Shown piece after piece: positions 1-12,719 of a DNA stretch of 64,000 bases. The DNA comes from Acidiferrobacterales bacterium (GTDB lineage: Bacteria > Pseudomonadota > Gammaproteobacteria > Acidiferrobacterales > SPGG2). Under the pieces are notes generated by a model. The model was given only the letters and a program-made list of their open reading frames with translations. It ran no database searches and had not been told where the DNA came from. The position numbers and the translations under genes are program-made. Position 1 is the stretch's first letter; every line of letters starts with the position of its first letter. The DNA lies in contig JBHIDJ010000003.1 of assembly GCA_046760105.1 (NCBI GenBank), forward strand, positions 19,718 to 83,717, read 5' to 3'.

Positions 1-727
1 CCATGACCATGACCTCGCGCCGGGTGAGGTCCCAGTACACTTGCGGAACATACAGCATGTCGGAGTCCGCGAAGTTCGCGCGGAGTTGGCTGGCGTTGGC
101 TGCTTCGCGTCGCAGGTCGAGCTCATCTCCTAGGGTTTTGTTGAACTCACCGACCACCTCTACCGGGCGCAACCGCCTGACGTCCGTGGAATAGCGTCTG
201 GCTAGACGCGCCACTACATGGAGAACCGCGATATCACGCGCCACCACTCGTTCCACGCCCGGCCTCAGGACTTTGACCGCCACCTCTGTTCCATCCGAGA
301 ACCGCGCGAAATGGACCTGCGCAACCGAAGCCGAGGCACCAGGTGAACGATCGAACTCATGGAAGTAGTCGCTTAGCTTCCCACCATAGCCGCGTTCGAT
401 GATCGCGACCGCCTGCTCTGCCGGAAACGGGGGCACGCGGTCTTGGAGCTTGCTGAGCTCCATCGCGACATCTTCTGGCAGCAGATCCGGCCGCGTGGAG
501 ATGATCTGACCGAACTTGACAAAGATGGGGCCCAGCTCCTCGAGCGCCTCGCGCAGCCGCACACCCCTCGGCACCGGTCGGCGGCGTCGCCAACGCCAGG
601 GCATCACCCGTAACAGCAACCGGTAGGGACGAAACAGGTGGATCGCCGTAACAAACTCGTCGAGGTCGTGCTTCACAAGGATACGAGTGATGCGAAGGAG
701 GCGCCCAAACTGGGCAGGCTTCATCAT
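1..727 (-). CDS. ubiB: UbiB (ABC1-family ubiquinone biosynthesis protein), N-terminal ~242 codons; the gene runs off the left edge
   Basis: Hand translation of the minus strand from the ATG at 727..725 gives MMKPAQFGRLLRITRILVKHDLDEFV...LEELGPIFVKFGQIISTRPDLLPEDVAMELSKLQDRVPPF...EVAVKVLRPGV..., a typical UbiB/ABC1 N-terminus. The frame stays open to position 2, so the ORF track (which needs a stop) misses it. The start overlaps the ubiJ stop as ATGA. The ubiE-ubiJ-ubiB order matches E. coli. Confidence 0.9.
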   Translation of the reverse strand, partial: MMKPAQFGRLLRITRILVKHDLDEFVTAIHLFRPYRLLLRVMPWRWRRRRPVPRGVRLREALEELGPIFVKFGQIISTRPDLLPEDVAMELSKLQDRVPPFPAEQAVAIIERGYGGKLSDYFHEFDRSPGASASVAQVHFARFSDGTEVAVKVLRPGVERVVARDIAVLHVVARLARRYSTDVRRLRPVEVVGEFNKTLGDELDLRREAANASQLRANFADSDMLYVPQVYWDLTRREVMVM

Positions 728-1350
728 CGCTTGTGCTCCCGTAAGCGGCGCAGCCGTGCCTCCAAACGATCCGTATCGGCTCGCAGGACATCGACCGCTT
801 CCAGAAAAGCCTCTACCCGGGCACGAGTAGCCAACACACGACTTTCTTCTTGCAAATACTCGGCGAGATCCGCGCCCAGCGTTTGCGCGGATTGCCGCTG
901 CCACGCCCGCGCGTCCCGCACAAAATTGCCGAGCTTGTGTGCCGCGACATCTCCGACCACGTGCGACACCTGCTCCTCCCAATCGATATCCAGATTTTCC
1001 ATGACTCGTTGAAAGCGCCTACCAAGCTCCACATCGCCACTCGTCTCCAGTTCGCCGGCGGCGAACAGCTCCAGTCTCGCACCACCTCGCAGCAGCCGGA
1101 GAAACGTCGGCAACGTGCCACGCAAGGTGACATCGACCTCGTCGTCATAATTGGAAAGCAGTCTTAGTCCTGCCGCCGTGGGTAACACATAGATCTCTGA
1201 GGCTGAAGCGAAAGGGACGCCCCCTGCGATGCACAGGCGGATCACCTTTCCCTCGAAAGGGGCAAGCCTGTCCAGGCTCTCACCATCCAGCCGCACCAGG
1301 CGATTGACTACCTGTTCCAGGACGTTGACCAAGAATCCTGGTTCATTCAC
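724..1350 (-). CDS. ubiJ: Ubiquinone biosynthesis accessory factor UbiJ (SCP2 sterol-carrier-like domain)
   Basis: 208-aa ORF between ubiE and ubiB. The N-terminal region (VNRLVRLDGESLDRLAPFEGKVIRLCI) looks like an SCP2 lipid-binding domain, and the position in the ubiE-J-B operon fits. Confidence 0.8.
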   Translation of the reverse strand: MNEPGFLVNVLEQVVNRLVRLDGESLDRLAPFEGKVIRLCIAGGVPFASASEIYVLPTAAGLRLLSNYDDEVDVTLRGTLPTFLRLLRGGARLELFAAGELETSGDVELGRRFQRVMENLDIDWEEQVSHVVGDVAAHKLGNFVRDARAWQRQSAQTLGADLAEYLQEESRVLATRARVEAFLEAVDVLRADTDRLEARLRRLREHKR

Positions 1351-1470
1351 ACGTGTACCTCAATCGATCATGTCACACAGCTCATGCCAATTGGTAGTTT
1401 TCACACAAATAGGTATGCGTGCACTGAAAAGAGGGTGAATGAACCGATTCGCGCTGTCGACACTCGCGTA

Positions 1471-2235
1471 CTAGATCTTATAGGCCTTGTGCAACGCTAC
1501 GATGCCGCCGCTCAGATTGAAATAATCGACACGCGCAAACCCAGCCGCTTGCATCATCCCCTTTAGTTCCTCCTGATCGGGATGCTTACGAATGGACTCG
1601 ACCAGGTAACGGTAGCTCGGCTCGTCGCGAGCCACCAGCCGACCCAATAGCGGTATGACACCGAACGAATAGGCACTATAGAGTGTTGCCAGACCAGGCC
1701 GTACCGGACGTGAGAATTCCAGTACAAGCATTCGTCCAGCCGGTCTCAGCACACGGTACATGGACTCCAGCGCCTGATCCATATGAGTCATATTACGGAG
1801 GCCGAACCCGATACTGATGCAATCGAAGTGATCGTCAGGGAACGGCAGGTTTTCCGCGTCCGCCTGCACAAACTCGACGTTACCGACTATCCCACGATCG
1901 ACAAGTCGCTGGCGGCCGACTTTGAGCATGGACTCGTTTACATCGGTGAGCACAACGCGACCGCGCGTGCCCACGCGTTTTGCAAACAAACACGCGAGAT
2001 CACCGGTGCCGCCGGCGACGTCAAGTACCCGCTGTCCCTCGCGAACGCCACTTTGCCGCGCGGTGAACTGCTTCCACAGGCGGTGAATGCCCAAGGACAT
2101 TAAGTCGTTCATCAGATCATATCTTTCGGCGACCGAATGAAAAACGTCCGCCACGAGGTTCTCTTTCGCGGACTCCGGGACCTCGTGAGAACCAAAATGG
2201 GTCGTCTTGTCGTGGCCTTTAGCTGCTTGTGTCAC
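1471..2235 (-). CDS. ubiE: Bifunctional demethylmenaquinone / ubiquinone C-methyltransferase UbiE
   Basis: 254 aa. Contains the [17 protein letters not shown] signature and the SAM motif [11 protein letters not shown], and ends in [11 protein letters not shown] as UbiE/MenG proteins do. Confidence 0.95.
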   Translation of the reverse strand: MTQAAKGHDKTTHFGSHEVPESAKENLVADVFHSVAERYDLMNDLMSLGIHRLWKQFTARQSGVREGQRVLDVAGGTGDLACLFAKRVGTRGRVVLTDVNESMLKVGRQRLVDRGIVGNVEFVQADAENLPFPDDHFDCISIGFGLRNMTHMDQALESMYRVLRPAGRMLVLEFSRPVRPGLATLYSAYSFGVIPLLGRLVARDEPSYRYLVESIRKHPDQEELKGMMQAAGFARVDYFNLSGGIVALHKAYKI

Positions 2236-2244
2236 GGTGTGTGC

Positions 2245-2622
2245 TCACGCTACCGGCTTCGGGTCACGTTTGTGTCCGGCCTTTTGAAGGCGGTCGACAT
2301 ATTGCTGCCATAGCTGTTTCTGATTGACGCCGAGATGATATAACCATTCCCAAGAATACAAGCCGGTGTTATGGCCATCGTCGAAGTGCAGACAAACGGC
2401 GTAGGTTCCCACCGGCTCGATGTTGGTGATGTTTACGTTCTCCTTGCCGACCTGGAGTACGTCCTGGCCGGGCCCATGACCTTGCACCTCCGCCGACGGC
2501 GAATACACCCGTAAGTACTCACAAGGGAACTTGAAGCGCGTGTGGTCATCGAACGCGACTTCGAGGATACGCGACTTCTGGTGCAGCCTAATGTCAGTCG
2601 GCCTGACCTTGCGTTTTTCCAT
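2245..2622 (-). CDS. DUF971 family protein (gamma-butyrobetaine-hydroxylase-like N-terminal domain)
   Basis: 125 aa with LEVAFDDHTRFKFPCEYLRVYSPSAEV...HFDDGHNTGLYSWEWLY, the DUF971 pattern. This family commonly sits just upstream of ubiE. Confidence 0.8.
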   Translation of the reverse strand: MEKRKVRPTDIRLHQKSRILEVAFDDHTRFKFPCEYLRVYSPSAEVQGHGPGQDVLQVGKENVNITNIEPVGTYAVCLHFDDGHNTGLYSWEWLYHLGVNQKQLWQQYVDRLQKAGHKRDPKPVA

Positions 2623-2724
2623 AGTGAAACCTCAGACGTTTCCCGCATGGGAAACCATGCGATTATACCGGTTTCACGATAGATAAGTGCCTAAAAAAGC
2701 AGGCAAAACGCTACTAGGCTCGCG

Positions 2725-3996
2725 CTAGCGGCCGAACGAATCGATGAACATCCCTTTGAACATGAAGAAGAACATGATCGCTAGCAGTGCGCCCGCGGGC
2801 AGGGTAACAATCCAGGACATGAAGATGTTGGCCACCACGCGAATATTGATCGCGGCAATGCCGCGGGCGAAGCCAACGCCCAGTACGGCGCCCACCAGTG
2901 TATGGGTGGTAGAAATGGGCAGCCCCGTAAACGACGCCAACACGACTGTACTCGCCGCAGACAGATTGGCGGCAAACCCGCGGCTGGGGGTGAGTTCCGT
3001 AATTCTCTTACCGACGGTCAGCATGACCCGGTAACCAAACGTGAGTAGGCCGATCACGATGCCACCCCCACCGGCCAACAACACCCACGGAGGCAGCGGC
3101 GATTTCTGTAGTACCTGGCCGGTGGTGACTGTGCTTATGACCGCCGCCATGGGACCCACCGCGTTGGCGACATCATTGGAGCCGTGCGCAAACGCAACGG
3201 CGGCGGCCGTGAAGATCATCAATACCCCGAATACTTTTTCTACACTGGCGAAATGGAACTCGCGGTCGGCCTCCGGATCGATCTTGATGCGTTTAACCAA
3301 AGAGACGCCGAGCAACGTAGCCACAACAGCCAGTAGTAGTGCGATGCCGAAGCTTTCTGCCGACGTGAGGTTCAAGCCGACGTGCTTGAGCCCCTTTGTG
3401 AGGGTGAGCATGACGATGACAAAGCTGACGGCGAAGATATAGATCGGCCCGTATTTCTTGGCGTTCTTTAGGGGTTCCTCCGTATTGATGATTAGCGTCT
3501 GGATACTGTTGAACACAGCAAAGGCGACGGCGCCCGCGAGCACGGGTGACACCACCCAGCTCATGGCAATGGTTCCCACTTTTTTCCACTGTACCGCGTC
3601 CACGCCTATGCCGACGGCGGCAAAGCCTACCACCGCCCCGACAATCGTATGGGTAGTGGAGACGGGCCAACCCCGTCGCGACGCGATCAATAGCCACACC
3701 CCCGAGGCGAGCAGGGCGGCGAGCATCCCGTATATCAGTAGATCCGGCGCATCGGCGAAGACAGAGGCATCGATAATCCCTTTACGTATGGTGGAGGTCA
3801 CCTCGCCACCGGCGAGATAGGCCCCGGCGAACTCGAATATGGCGGCGATAATCACCGCCTGTATCACCGTGAGCGCGCGCGAGCCGACCGACGTCGCCAT
3901 CGCGTTGGCGACATCGTTGGCACCAATCCCCCAAGCCATAAACAGGCCGAAGGCGGTAGCAAGTGACAGGAAAACGAGGGTCGAATCTATGGACAC
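2725..3996 (-). CDS. Inorganic phosphate transporter, PiT family
   Basis: 423-aa polytopic membrane protein with duplicated GANDVANA / GSNDVANA signatures characteristic of PiT (PHO4) transporters. Confidence 0.9.
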   Translation of the reverse strand: MSIDSTLVFLSLATAFGLFMAWGIGANDVANAMATSVGSRALTVIQAVIIAAIFEFAGAYLAGGEVTSTIRKGIIDASVFADAPDLLIYGMLAALLASGVWLLIASRRGWPVSTTHTIVGAVVGFAAVGIGVDAVQWKKVGTIAMSWVVSPVLAGAVAFAVFNSIQTLIINTEEPLKNAKKYGPIYIFAVSFVIVMLTLTKGLKHVGLNLTSAESFGIALLLAVVATLLGVSLVKRIKIDPEADREFHFASVEKVFGVLMIFTAAAVAFAHGSNDVANAVGPMAAVISTVTTGQVLQKSPLPPWVLLAGGGGIVIGLLTFGYRVMLTVGKRITELTPSRGFAANLSAASTVVLASFTGLPISTTHTLVGAVLGVGFARGIAAINIRVVANIFMSWIVTLPAGALLAIMFFFMFKGMFIDSFGR

Positions 3997-4002
3997 GCCC
4001 GG

Positions 4003-4680
4003 CTATCTCGCTAGCAACAGTTGCAAGCGACTGCCGACTCGCTGGGCGTAATCCGCTACCTGCCCGACCCCCTCGATTAGCTGGTACGTAAACATCACAT
4101 CCGTGGGACGTAGATCGTCCTCGAGCCCGTAGAGAATGGCGCGCAGACGCACTTGTATGCGATCCGTCTCGCTCTCGATGGTGTTGAGCTCGACGATCAT
4201 ACTTTCCACACGTTCGACCTCGATGCCGCGAAAGCCAGTCTCCAACAGCTCGTCCAACTCATTGATGATCTCCAAGGCCTGCGCGGAGGCATCGATCACC
4301 CGATCTACGTATTCGCTAAAAAGCTCATGCATCTGTGGCGGCAAACGCATTTGGCGACCGCGCACAAGGCCAGCGATATCCTTCGCCTGATTCGCCATGT
4401 TGTCCTGCATCATCAAGACATCGAGCAGATCGCGCCGGTCAACCGGCATGAACAGGCCTATGTGAAGATTATGCCGTAGTTCTTTCTTTCGCGTGTCGGC
4501 TTCATGTTCCAACTGCGTAACCTGCTCTTGTATACGCGCGACTTCGGCCTCACTCCCGGTAAGCACGGCGGCAAAAAAGGGTTTTAACAGGCTCACACAC
4601 GAATGTACCTTGGTCATGTGTTCCTGCAAGGGGCGAATAGGTGATTTTCCGAAAAGCTTGGTGAAATAACCGGTGGGCAT
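4003..4680 (-). CDS. DUF47 / PhoU-like Pit accessory protein
   Basis: 225-aa helical protein lying 6 nt upstream of the PiT gene. N-terminus FGKSPIRPLQEHMTKVHSCV is typical of the TIGR00153/DUF47 family, which pairs with PiT. Confidence 0.8.
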   Translation of the reverse strand: MPTGYFTKLFGKSPIRPLQEHMTKVHSCVSLLKPFFAAVLTGSEAEVARIQEQVTQLEHEADTRKKELRHNLHIGLFMPVDRRDLLDVLMMQDNMANQAKDIAGLVRGRQMRLPPQMHELFSEYVDRVIDASAQALEIINELDELLETGFRGIEVERVESMIVELNTIESETDRIQVRLRAILYGLEDDLRPTDVMFTYQLIEGVGQVADYAQRVGSRLQLLLAR

Positions 4681-4869
4681 TCAGCTTTCCTCTCCAGTCA
4701 AAAAACGCCCTTTATTGTTGTAAAGGCATGAGTTAGGTACGCAATATAGGCACAACGCTGAGGCGCTGCAACGATGTTGTCGTCGCAAAGTTTGGTTACA
4801 CTACACGCCTTTCCTTAGCCGTTTAGATTTCGGTAATTACTGCTACCGCGCCCGGGGCGGCCCCTCTAT

Positions 4870-5889
<1,020 letters not shown>

Positions 5890-6070
5890 TTAGATCTCCA
5901 ACTGCGGGGACATGGCCTAGGGTATATAAAAACCCCTACCGACAGCAACGAACTTCCCTGCCCCGCAGCAGTTGCGCGCACATGGTGTAGGACACGTGGC
6001 CCGCAGATGTAGCGCTAGCAACGGCGCCCATCGGTGACCCCTGAGCGGTGGGTGGAGGTAGAACTATGGC

Positions 6071-7027
6071 CTATTTGGCCTTCTTTGCCTTCTTTTTCTT
6101 TGCCTTCTTGGCGGCCTTCTTCTTGGCTTTGGCTTTCTTTTTGACCTTTCTGGCCTTCTTGGCTGCTTTCTTCTTGGCCTTGGCCTTCTTCACTACTTTC
6201 ACTTTCTTTTTCGCCCTCACCTTCTTTTTAACCTTCTTGGCGGCCTTCTTTTTCGCTATCTTCTTCTTAGCCACTTTCTTTTTCGCTTTCTTTTTCTTGG
6301 GCTTTGCAGCCTTTGGCTTAACCGTCGGCGGGCGCGCCGACGCCGCTTCGACTCGGCTCATCGCAGCCGCCAGCGGACGAATCTGTGCTTCGACGACATC
6401 ACAGATATTCTTAAAGATGTCACTAACGCTCCCAATCCCGCGCACCGTCCGCAGCTTTCCTTGCGCTTTATAATAGGAAACCAACGGTGCGGTCTGTTCC
6501 TCGTAGACTTCGAGGCGCTTGCGCACCGCGTCTTCGTTATCGTCCGCCCGATGATGCAACACCTGACCGGTCTCGTCGTCCCTGCCAGGAACCTTAGGGG
6601 GATGAAAGTAGATGTTGTAGATCCTGCCGGTCGACGGGGCGATGCGCCGTCCCGTCAGCCGTTTCATCAACACCTCTTTGTCGACATCCACAAGAAGAGC
6701 GAGCTGCAACGGCTTACCCAGCCGCGCTAACATCGCGTCCAACTCCTGGGCCTGCGGGATATTGCGCGGGAACCCGTCGAGGATAAATCCCGATCTCGCA
6801 TCGGGTCTCGACAAGCGGTTTTGCACGACACCAAACATGACGTCGTCGGATACGAGCGCCCCCGCATCCATTGCCGCCTTCGCCCTTTTGCCTAGCTCCG
6901 TACCCGCTGCAACCTCATCGCGCAAGATATCGCCCGTCGCGATGTGGGGGATTTTAAACTTTTCGATCAATAGCTTAGCTTGTGTCCCCTTACCGGAACC
7001 TGGCGCTCCCAGAAGTACGATTCTCAT
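6071..7027 (-). CDS. adk: Adenylate kinase with a C-terminal Lys/Ala-rich histone-H1-like extension
   Basis: aa 1-~216 form a normal long-lid Adk (P-loop GAPGSGKGTQ, FILDGFPRN). aa ~237-318 are KKAK/AKKK repeats, about 50 Lys in 82 residues by hand count. No stop codon separates the two parts. Confidence 0.9.
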   Translation of the reverse strand: MRIVLLGAPGSGKGTQAKLLIEKFKIPHIATGDILRDEVAAGTELGKRAKAAMDAGALVSDDVMFGVVQNRLSRPDARSGFILDGFPRNIPQAQELDAMLARLGKPLQLALLVDVDKEVLMKRLTGRRIAPSTGRIYNIYFHPPKVPGRDDETGQVLHHRADDNEDAVRKRLEVYEEQTAPLVSYYKAQGKLRTVRGIGSVSDIFKNICDVVEAQIRPLAAAMSRVEAASARPPTVKPKAAKPKKKKAKKKVAKKKIAKKKAAKKVKKKVRAKKKVKVVKKAKAKKKAAKKARKVKKKAKAKKKAAKKAKKKKAKKAK

Positions 7028-7369
7028 CTTTCTTCTCGCTTAGGTCTGTCGGATTTGCGGTCCCTGCTTTTGCCCCCTTGGAGCCGCGGCGGGGCTAAAC
7101 TACCTTCTTGTCCCCCGACCGTCAATGGTTTTGGCGGCCTTAAGTACACGCAATTCTCCTATTTTCGCCGTAACCGTGATCGATTACAGAAATTGCGTTA
7201 ACCTACGCCCCGACTTTGAAGCTAGATCTTGGTCGCTACCTAAAGGGCGAACCGTCACGTGCGATTTGGCACCGCAGCCCCAACATTAAACATAAGGCGG
7301 ATACCCCATTTATCATTGAAAAAAATGCTCGGAATGCGGTGATTACGGTACTTTTTGGAAACTCATCCC

Positions 7370-8641
7370 ATGGCTAAAGCGAAACCAAAAAACGTGTTTT
7401 ATGCTCAGTCTGGAGGTGTGACGGCCGTTATTAACGCGACTGCCTGCGGTGTTATCGAGACTGCACGTAAGCACAAAAACAAACTTGGAAAAGTCCTAGC
7501 CGGACGCAACGGCATTATCGGCGCCCTCACCGAAGACTTGATCGATACGAGCAAGGAGTCATCATCGGCCATTCGCGGCTTGCGCTATACGCCCGGCGGG
7601 GCGTTTGGGTCAGCGCGCTACAAACTAAAGGGCCTGGACGAGAATAAGGCTGAATATGAGCGGCTGATCGAAGTATTCAAAGCCCATAACATCGGTTACT
7701 TTTTCTACAATGGCGGGGGCGACTCCCAAGACACCTCGCATAAAGTGTCGCGGATCGGCGAAAAACTCGGTTATCCGATGATATGCATCGGTATACCTAA
7801 GACTGTCGACAACGATCTACCTATTACTGACAACTGTCCGGGTTTCGGATCTGTCGCCAAGTACATCGCCACCTCGATTCGCGAGGCCGGATTCGATGTA
7901 GCCAGCATGGCCAAAACGTCGACCAAGGTCTTCGTGCTTGAAGCAATGGGACGTCATGCAGGTTGGATCGCTGCCGCCGGCGGGCTGGCGGCGGAAAAAG
8001 CCGGTGACGCGCCACATATGATTTTGTTCCCGGAGATAGTCTTTGACGAAGAGAAATTTCTCGCGAAGGTCGACAGCACCGTCAACAAATACGGTTACTG
8101 CGCCATCGTCGTCTCCGAGGGAATTAAGAACAAAGACGGCAAGTTCGTGGCCGAGGCTGGCACGCGGGACGCCTTTGGTCATGCCCAGCTCGGTGGCGTG
8201 GCACCCGCTGTCGCGCAACTGGTGAAGGACAGACTTGGGTATAAATACCACTGGGCGGTCGCCGACTACCTCCAGCGGTCTGCCCGTCATATCGCCTCCA
8301 AAACCGATGTCGAACAGGCTTATGCGCTCGGCAAGGCGGCAGTAAAGCTCGCCCTGAAGGGCCACAATGCGGTAATGCCGACTATTGTGCGTACTTCGAA
8401 CAAACCCTATAAGTGGAAGATCGGGGTGGCGAAGCTCGCCAATGTAGCCAATGTCGAAAAGAAGATGCCGCCGGACTTCATAACAAAGGATGGTTTTGGC
8501 ATTACGCGCAAGTGCCGTAACTACTTGGAACCGCTTATTAATGGCGAGGATTACCCGAAGTTCAAGAACGGCCTCCCGCAATACGTAATGCTAAAGAACG
8601 TGCCCGTAAAAAAGAAACTCAAAACACGTTTCACCGTTTAA
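7370..8641 (+). CDS. pfp: Pyrophosphate-dependent 6-phosphofructokinase (PPi-PFK)
   Basis: ~423 aa of the PFK fold (FYAQSGGVTAVINA, GGGDS, IGIPKTVDNDL, MGRHAGW). The length and motifs resemble the methanotroph/nitrifier-type PPi-PFK. The track start at 7355 is a TTG, so I prefer the ATG at 7370. An H+-PPase gene follows. Confidence 0.85.
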   Translation: MAKAKPKNVFYAQSGGVTAVINATACGVIETARKHKNKLGKVLAGRNGIIGALTEDLIDTSKESSSAIRGLRYTPGGAFGSARYKLKGLDENKAEYERLIEVFKAHNIGYFFYNGGGDSQDTSHKVSRIGEKLGYPMICIGIPKTVDNDLPITDNCPGFGSVAKYIATSIREAGFDVASMAKTSTKVFVLEAMGRHAGWIAAAGGLAAEKAGDAPHMILFPEIVFDEEKFLAKVDSTVNKYGYCAIVVSEGIKNKDGKFVAEAGTRDAFGHAQLGGVAPAVAQLVKDRLGYKYHWAVADYLQRSARHIASKTDVEQAYALGKAAVKLALKGHNAVMPTIVRTSNKPYKWKIGVAKLANVANVEKKMPPDFITKDGFGITRKCRNYLEPLINGEDYPKFKNGLPQYVMLKNVPVKKKLKTRFTV

Positions 8642-8799
8642 AAACAAATGTGAAATAACGTTCCTCATCACAAGCTGCTTTAGCTAACCTTTGGCAGGGC
8701 ACGGGAATAACGTCGGGAACGATGATAAACACGGCTGGAACCCGCCTTGAGAAACGGTCCGATTCAGAAATATAGCTAACGATAGGGGAGAAAAGCTCT

Positions 8800-10833
<2,034 letters not shown>

Positions 10834-10849
10834 CCGCCGAGACAAGCTA

Positions 10850-10877
10850 GAAAAACAAAGAGGGCTTTTCGTTTTTC
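10850..10877. terminator. Possible bidirectional hairpin between convergent hppA and hspQ
   Basis: GAAAAAC AAAG aggg CTTT tc GTTTTTC forms an AT-rich interrupted stem in a 54-nt convergent gap. It is weak and has no clean GC stem. Confidence 0.3.
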
Positions 10878-10887
10878 GTGCAGTGCT

Positions 10888-11205
10888 TCAATTAATCGAT
10901 CGACGAGCGATATATCGCCCGTCGCGGAATTCGTCGAATACTTGATCCACGAGCGGGTGGTTGATCGATCCACCCGCCTTATCGGGCTCGAGGTTGCGCT
11001 CAGCAACGTAGGTCTCGTGTTCGGCATTGTCAACGAGAACGCGATACCAGGGCTTATCCTTCGGCGGTCGGCTCCGCGCCATCTGCTCATACCACTCCTC
11101 CGTGCCTTGGAACGTGGGGTCGACATCCGCGATCACACCTCGATAATCAAACAACTTGTGATGCACAAGCTGTCCGACATGAAACTTTGCTTCGGAATCG
11201 CGCAT
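10888..11205 (-). CDS. hspQ: Heat-shock protein HspQ (YccV hemimethylated-DNA-binding domain)
   Basis: 105 aa: AKFHVGQLVHHKLFDYRGVIADVDP...PWYRVLVDNAEHETYVAERNL, close to the HspQ consensus. Confidence 0.85.
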   Translation of the reverse strand: MRDSEAKFHVGQLVHHKLFDYRGVIADVDPTFQGTEEWYEQMARSRPPKDKPWYRVLVDNAEHETYVAERNLEPDKAGGSINHPLVDQVFDEFRDGRYIARRSIN

Positions 11206-11216
11206 CAGATGTTCGT

Positions 11217-11399
11217 TTAATTCTTCAGCACCGAGGCATTGGCATCGAGGTGTCGACGATGCGCCGTCTGTGCTCGATAGATCAAGTCATTGAACGGTAA
11301 TTCGAACAGCGCCTCGATCTCCGTAATACCCGTCTTCATAAACCCTCCACGACAAAAGGTGTACGCCAAACTAGGCGAACGCTGCTTGGTTGTCAACAA
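11217..11399 (-). pseudogene. Probable remnant of the biotin synthase (bioB) N-terminus
   Basis: From M21, the sequence [37 protein letters not shown] resembles BioB residues ~8-45 (recalled E. coli [36 protein letters not shown]). The frame stops before the radical-SAM CxxxCxxC motif and abuts hspQ. Confidence 0.45.
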
Positions 11400-11630
11400 C
11401 CTTTCCTCCGAACGGTTGACGGTTTACGCATACCGATTCTCCGATAAGTCGGGCTTGAACTATCGCGGTGCATGACATCAACTCTGGCCAGCCCTGGTAC
11501 AATGTTCGGTGATCAATTTTAGTCAGATTTGAGATAGTGCACACGACTTGCCGGGCTCGGCGATACGCCAACCTTATACAAACAAAACTTCGCATCAAAA
11601 ACTATTGACACCAAACCTTTGGCAACAGAA

Positions 11631-12719
11631 ATGAAAGGGCCACAGAGTGAACGATATCGAACCCAGGTCGCCATCTGGCTGCTTATATGTTGCGCGTTTG
11701 TCCTCGCCATGGTGGTGCTGGGCGGCGTCACGCGTCTGACTCGATCTGGTCTTTCTATGGTGGATTGGGATCCGATCATGGGCGTGGTGCCGCCTCTAAA
11801 TCAGGCACAATGGGAACAGGTATTTAGCAGATATCAGCAATTTCCAGAGTACCAGCAGATCAATCGTAACATAAGCTTGACCGAATTTAAGTTCATCTTC
11901 TGGATGGAATACGCTCACAGACTATTGGGCCGTGTGATTGCGCTCGTGTTTCTTCTACCGTTTCTCTATTTCCTAACTCGGCGTCGTATAGACCGTCCGT
12001 TGATACCGAAATTGATAGGCATGTTTGCACTCGGTGGTCTACAGGGCTTGCTCGGATGGTTTATGGTTAAAAGCGGCTTGTTCGACGAGCCACACGTCAG
12101 CCCTTACCGCTTGACAGCGCATCTTGTTCTGGCTGTGATCATATACGGTTATATCCTCTGGGTCGCGTTGGGACTGTTGTTTCCCAAGGCGGAACACAGC
12201 GCATTGGCGTTCAAACCTATAAGGCGGTTCGGCCTTGCTGTTACCGGTATCATCGGCCTGACGATCCTTTCCGGCGGGTTCGTCGCCGGTACGAAAGCCG
12301 GTTTCGCCTTTAACACCTTCCCGCTGATGAACGGCCGACTCGTCCCGCAAGGGATGCTAGGGCTTAACCCGCTGTGGCGCAACTTCTTCGAAAACATCGC
12401 CACCGTACAGTTCGACCACCGGCTGATTGCCTACCTCTTATGTATCACGATTGCGGGGTTCTGGTACAAGGCGACCGCTGCTGACTTGCAGGGACGTGCC
12501 CACGCCGCTTCGCATGCCTTACTCGCGGTGCTAGCCATCCAGGTGGGGCTTGGGATTACAACTTTATTACTGATCGTACCAATGCCGCTGGCCGCCGCCC
12601 ATCAAGGAGGCGCGCTGCTACTGCTTACCGTTGCAATCTTTATAAACCACGAGCTGCGTCGCGGACCAACTCCACTGCCACGACGTGCAGCTACGACCAG
12701 TCTAGGCTCAGTGGGATAA
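11631..12719 (+). CDS. ctaA: Heme A synthase (COX15/CtaA family)
   Basis: Polytopic protein with GGVTRLTRSGLSMVDWDP...F.EYQ and conserved His-containing helices (EYAHRLLGR, FDHRLIAY). The track start at 11619 is a TTG; an ATG lies at 11631. Confidence 0.85.
   Translation: MKGPQSERYRTQVAIWLLICCAFVLAMVVLGGVTRLTRSGLSMVDWDPIMGVVPPLNQAQWEQVFSRYQQFPEYQQINRNISLTEFKFIFWMEYAHRLLGRVIALVFLLPFLYFLTRRRIDRPLIPKLIGMFALGGLQGLLGWFMVKSGLFDEPHVSPYRLTAHLVLAVIIYGYILWVALGLLFPKAEHSALAFKPIRRFGLAVTGIIGLTILSGGFVAGTKAGFAFNTFPLMNGRLVPQGMLGLNPLWRNFFENIATVQFDHRLIAYLLCITIAGFWYKATAADLQGRAHAASHALLAVLAIQVGLGITTLLLIVPMPLAAAHQGGALLLLTVAIFINHELRRGPTPLPRRAATTSLGSVG

Noticed and set aside
357-791. 144-aa minus-strand ORF listed at the left edge
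   Set aside because: It is in the wrong frame. A different minus-strand frame gives a textbook UbiB N-terminus starting at 727, with ATGA coupling to ubiJ. The listed ORF would also overlap the ubiJ 3' end.
6048-6473. 141-aa plus-strand ORF extremely rich in Phe/Leu/Ala (FFFFAFLAAFF...) that looks like a strange membrane protein
   Set aside because: It is the antisense mirror of the AAG/GCC-rich lysine-tail codons of adk. It has no Shine-Dalgarno, and the minus strand carries a complete adenylate kinase in frame.
7817-8581. 254-aa minus-strand ORF inside pfp. Similar long antisense ORFs occur at 21200..21961 in mreB, 55219..55968 in the ATP-grasp gene, 51939..52538 in the kinase and 35332..36090 in the TRAP permease.
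   Set aside because: All are shadow ORFs opposite well-supported genes. None has a recognisable domain or ribosome-binding site.
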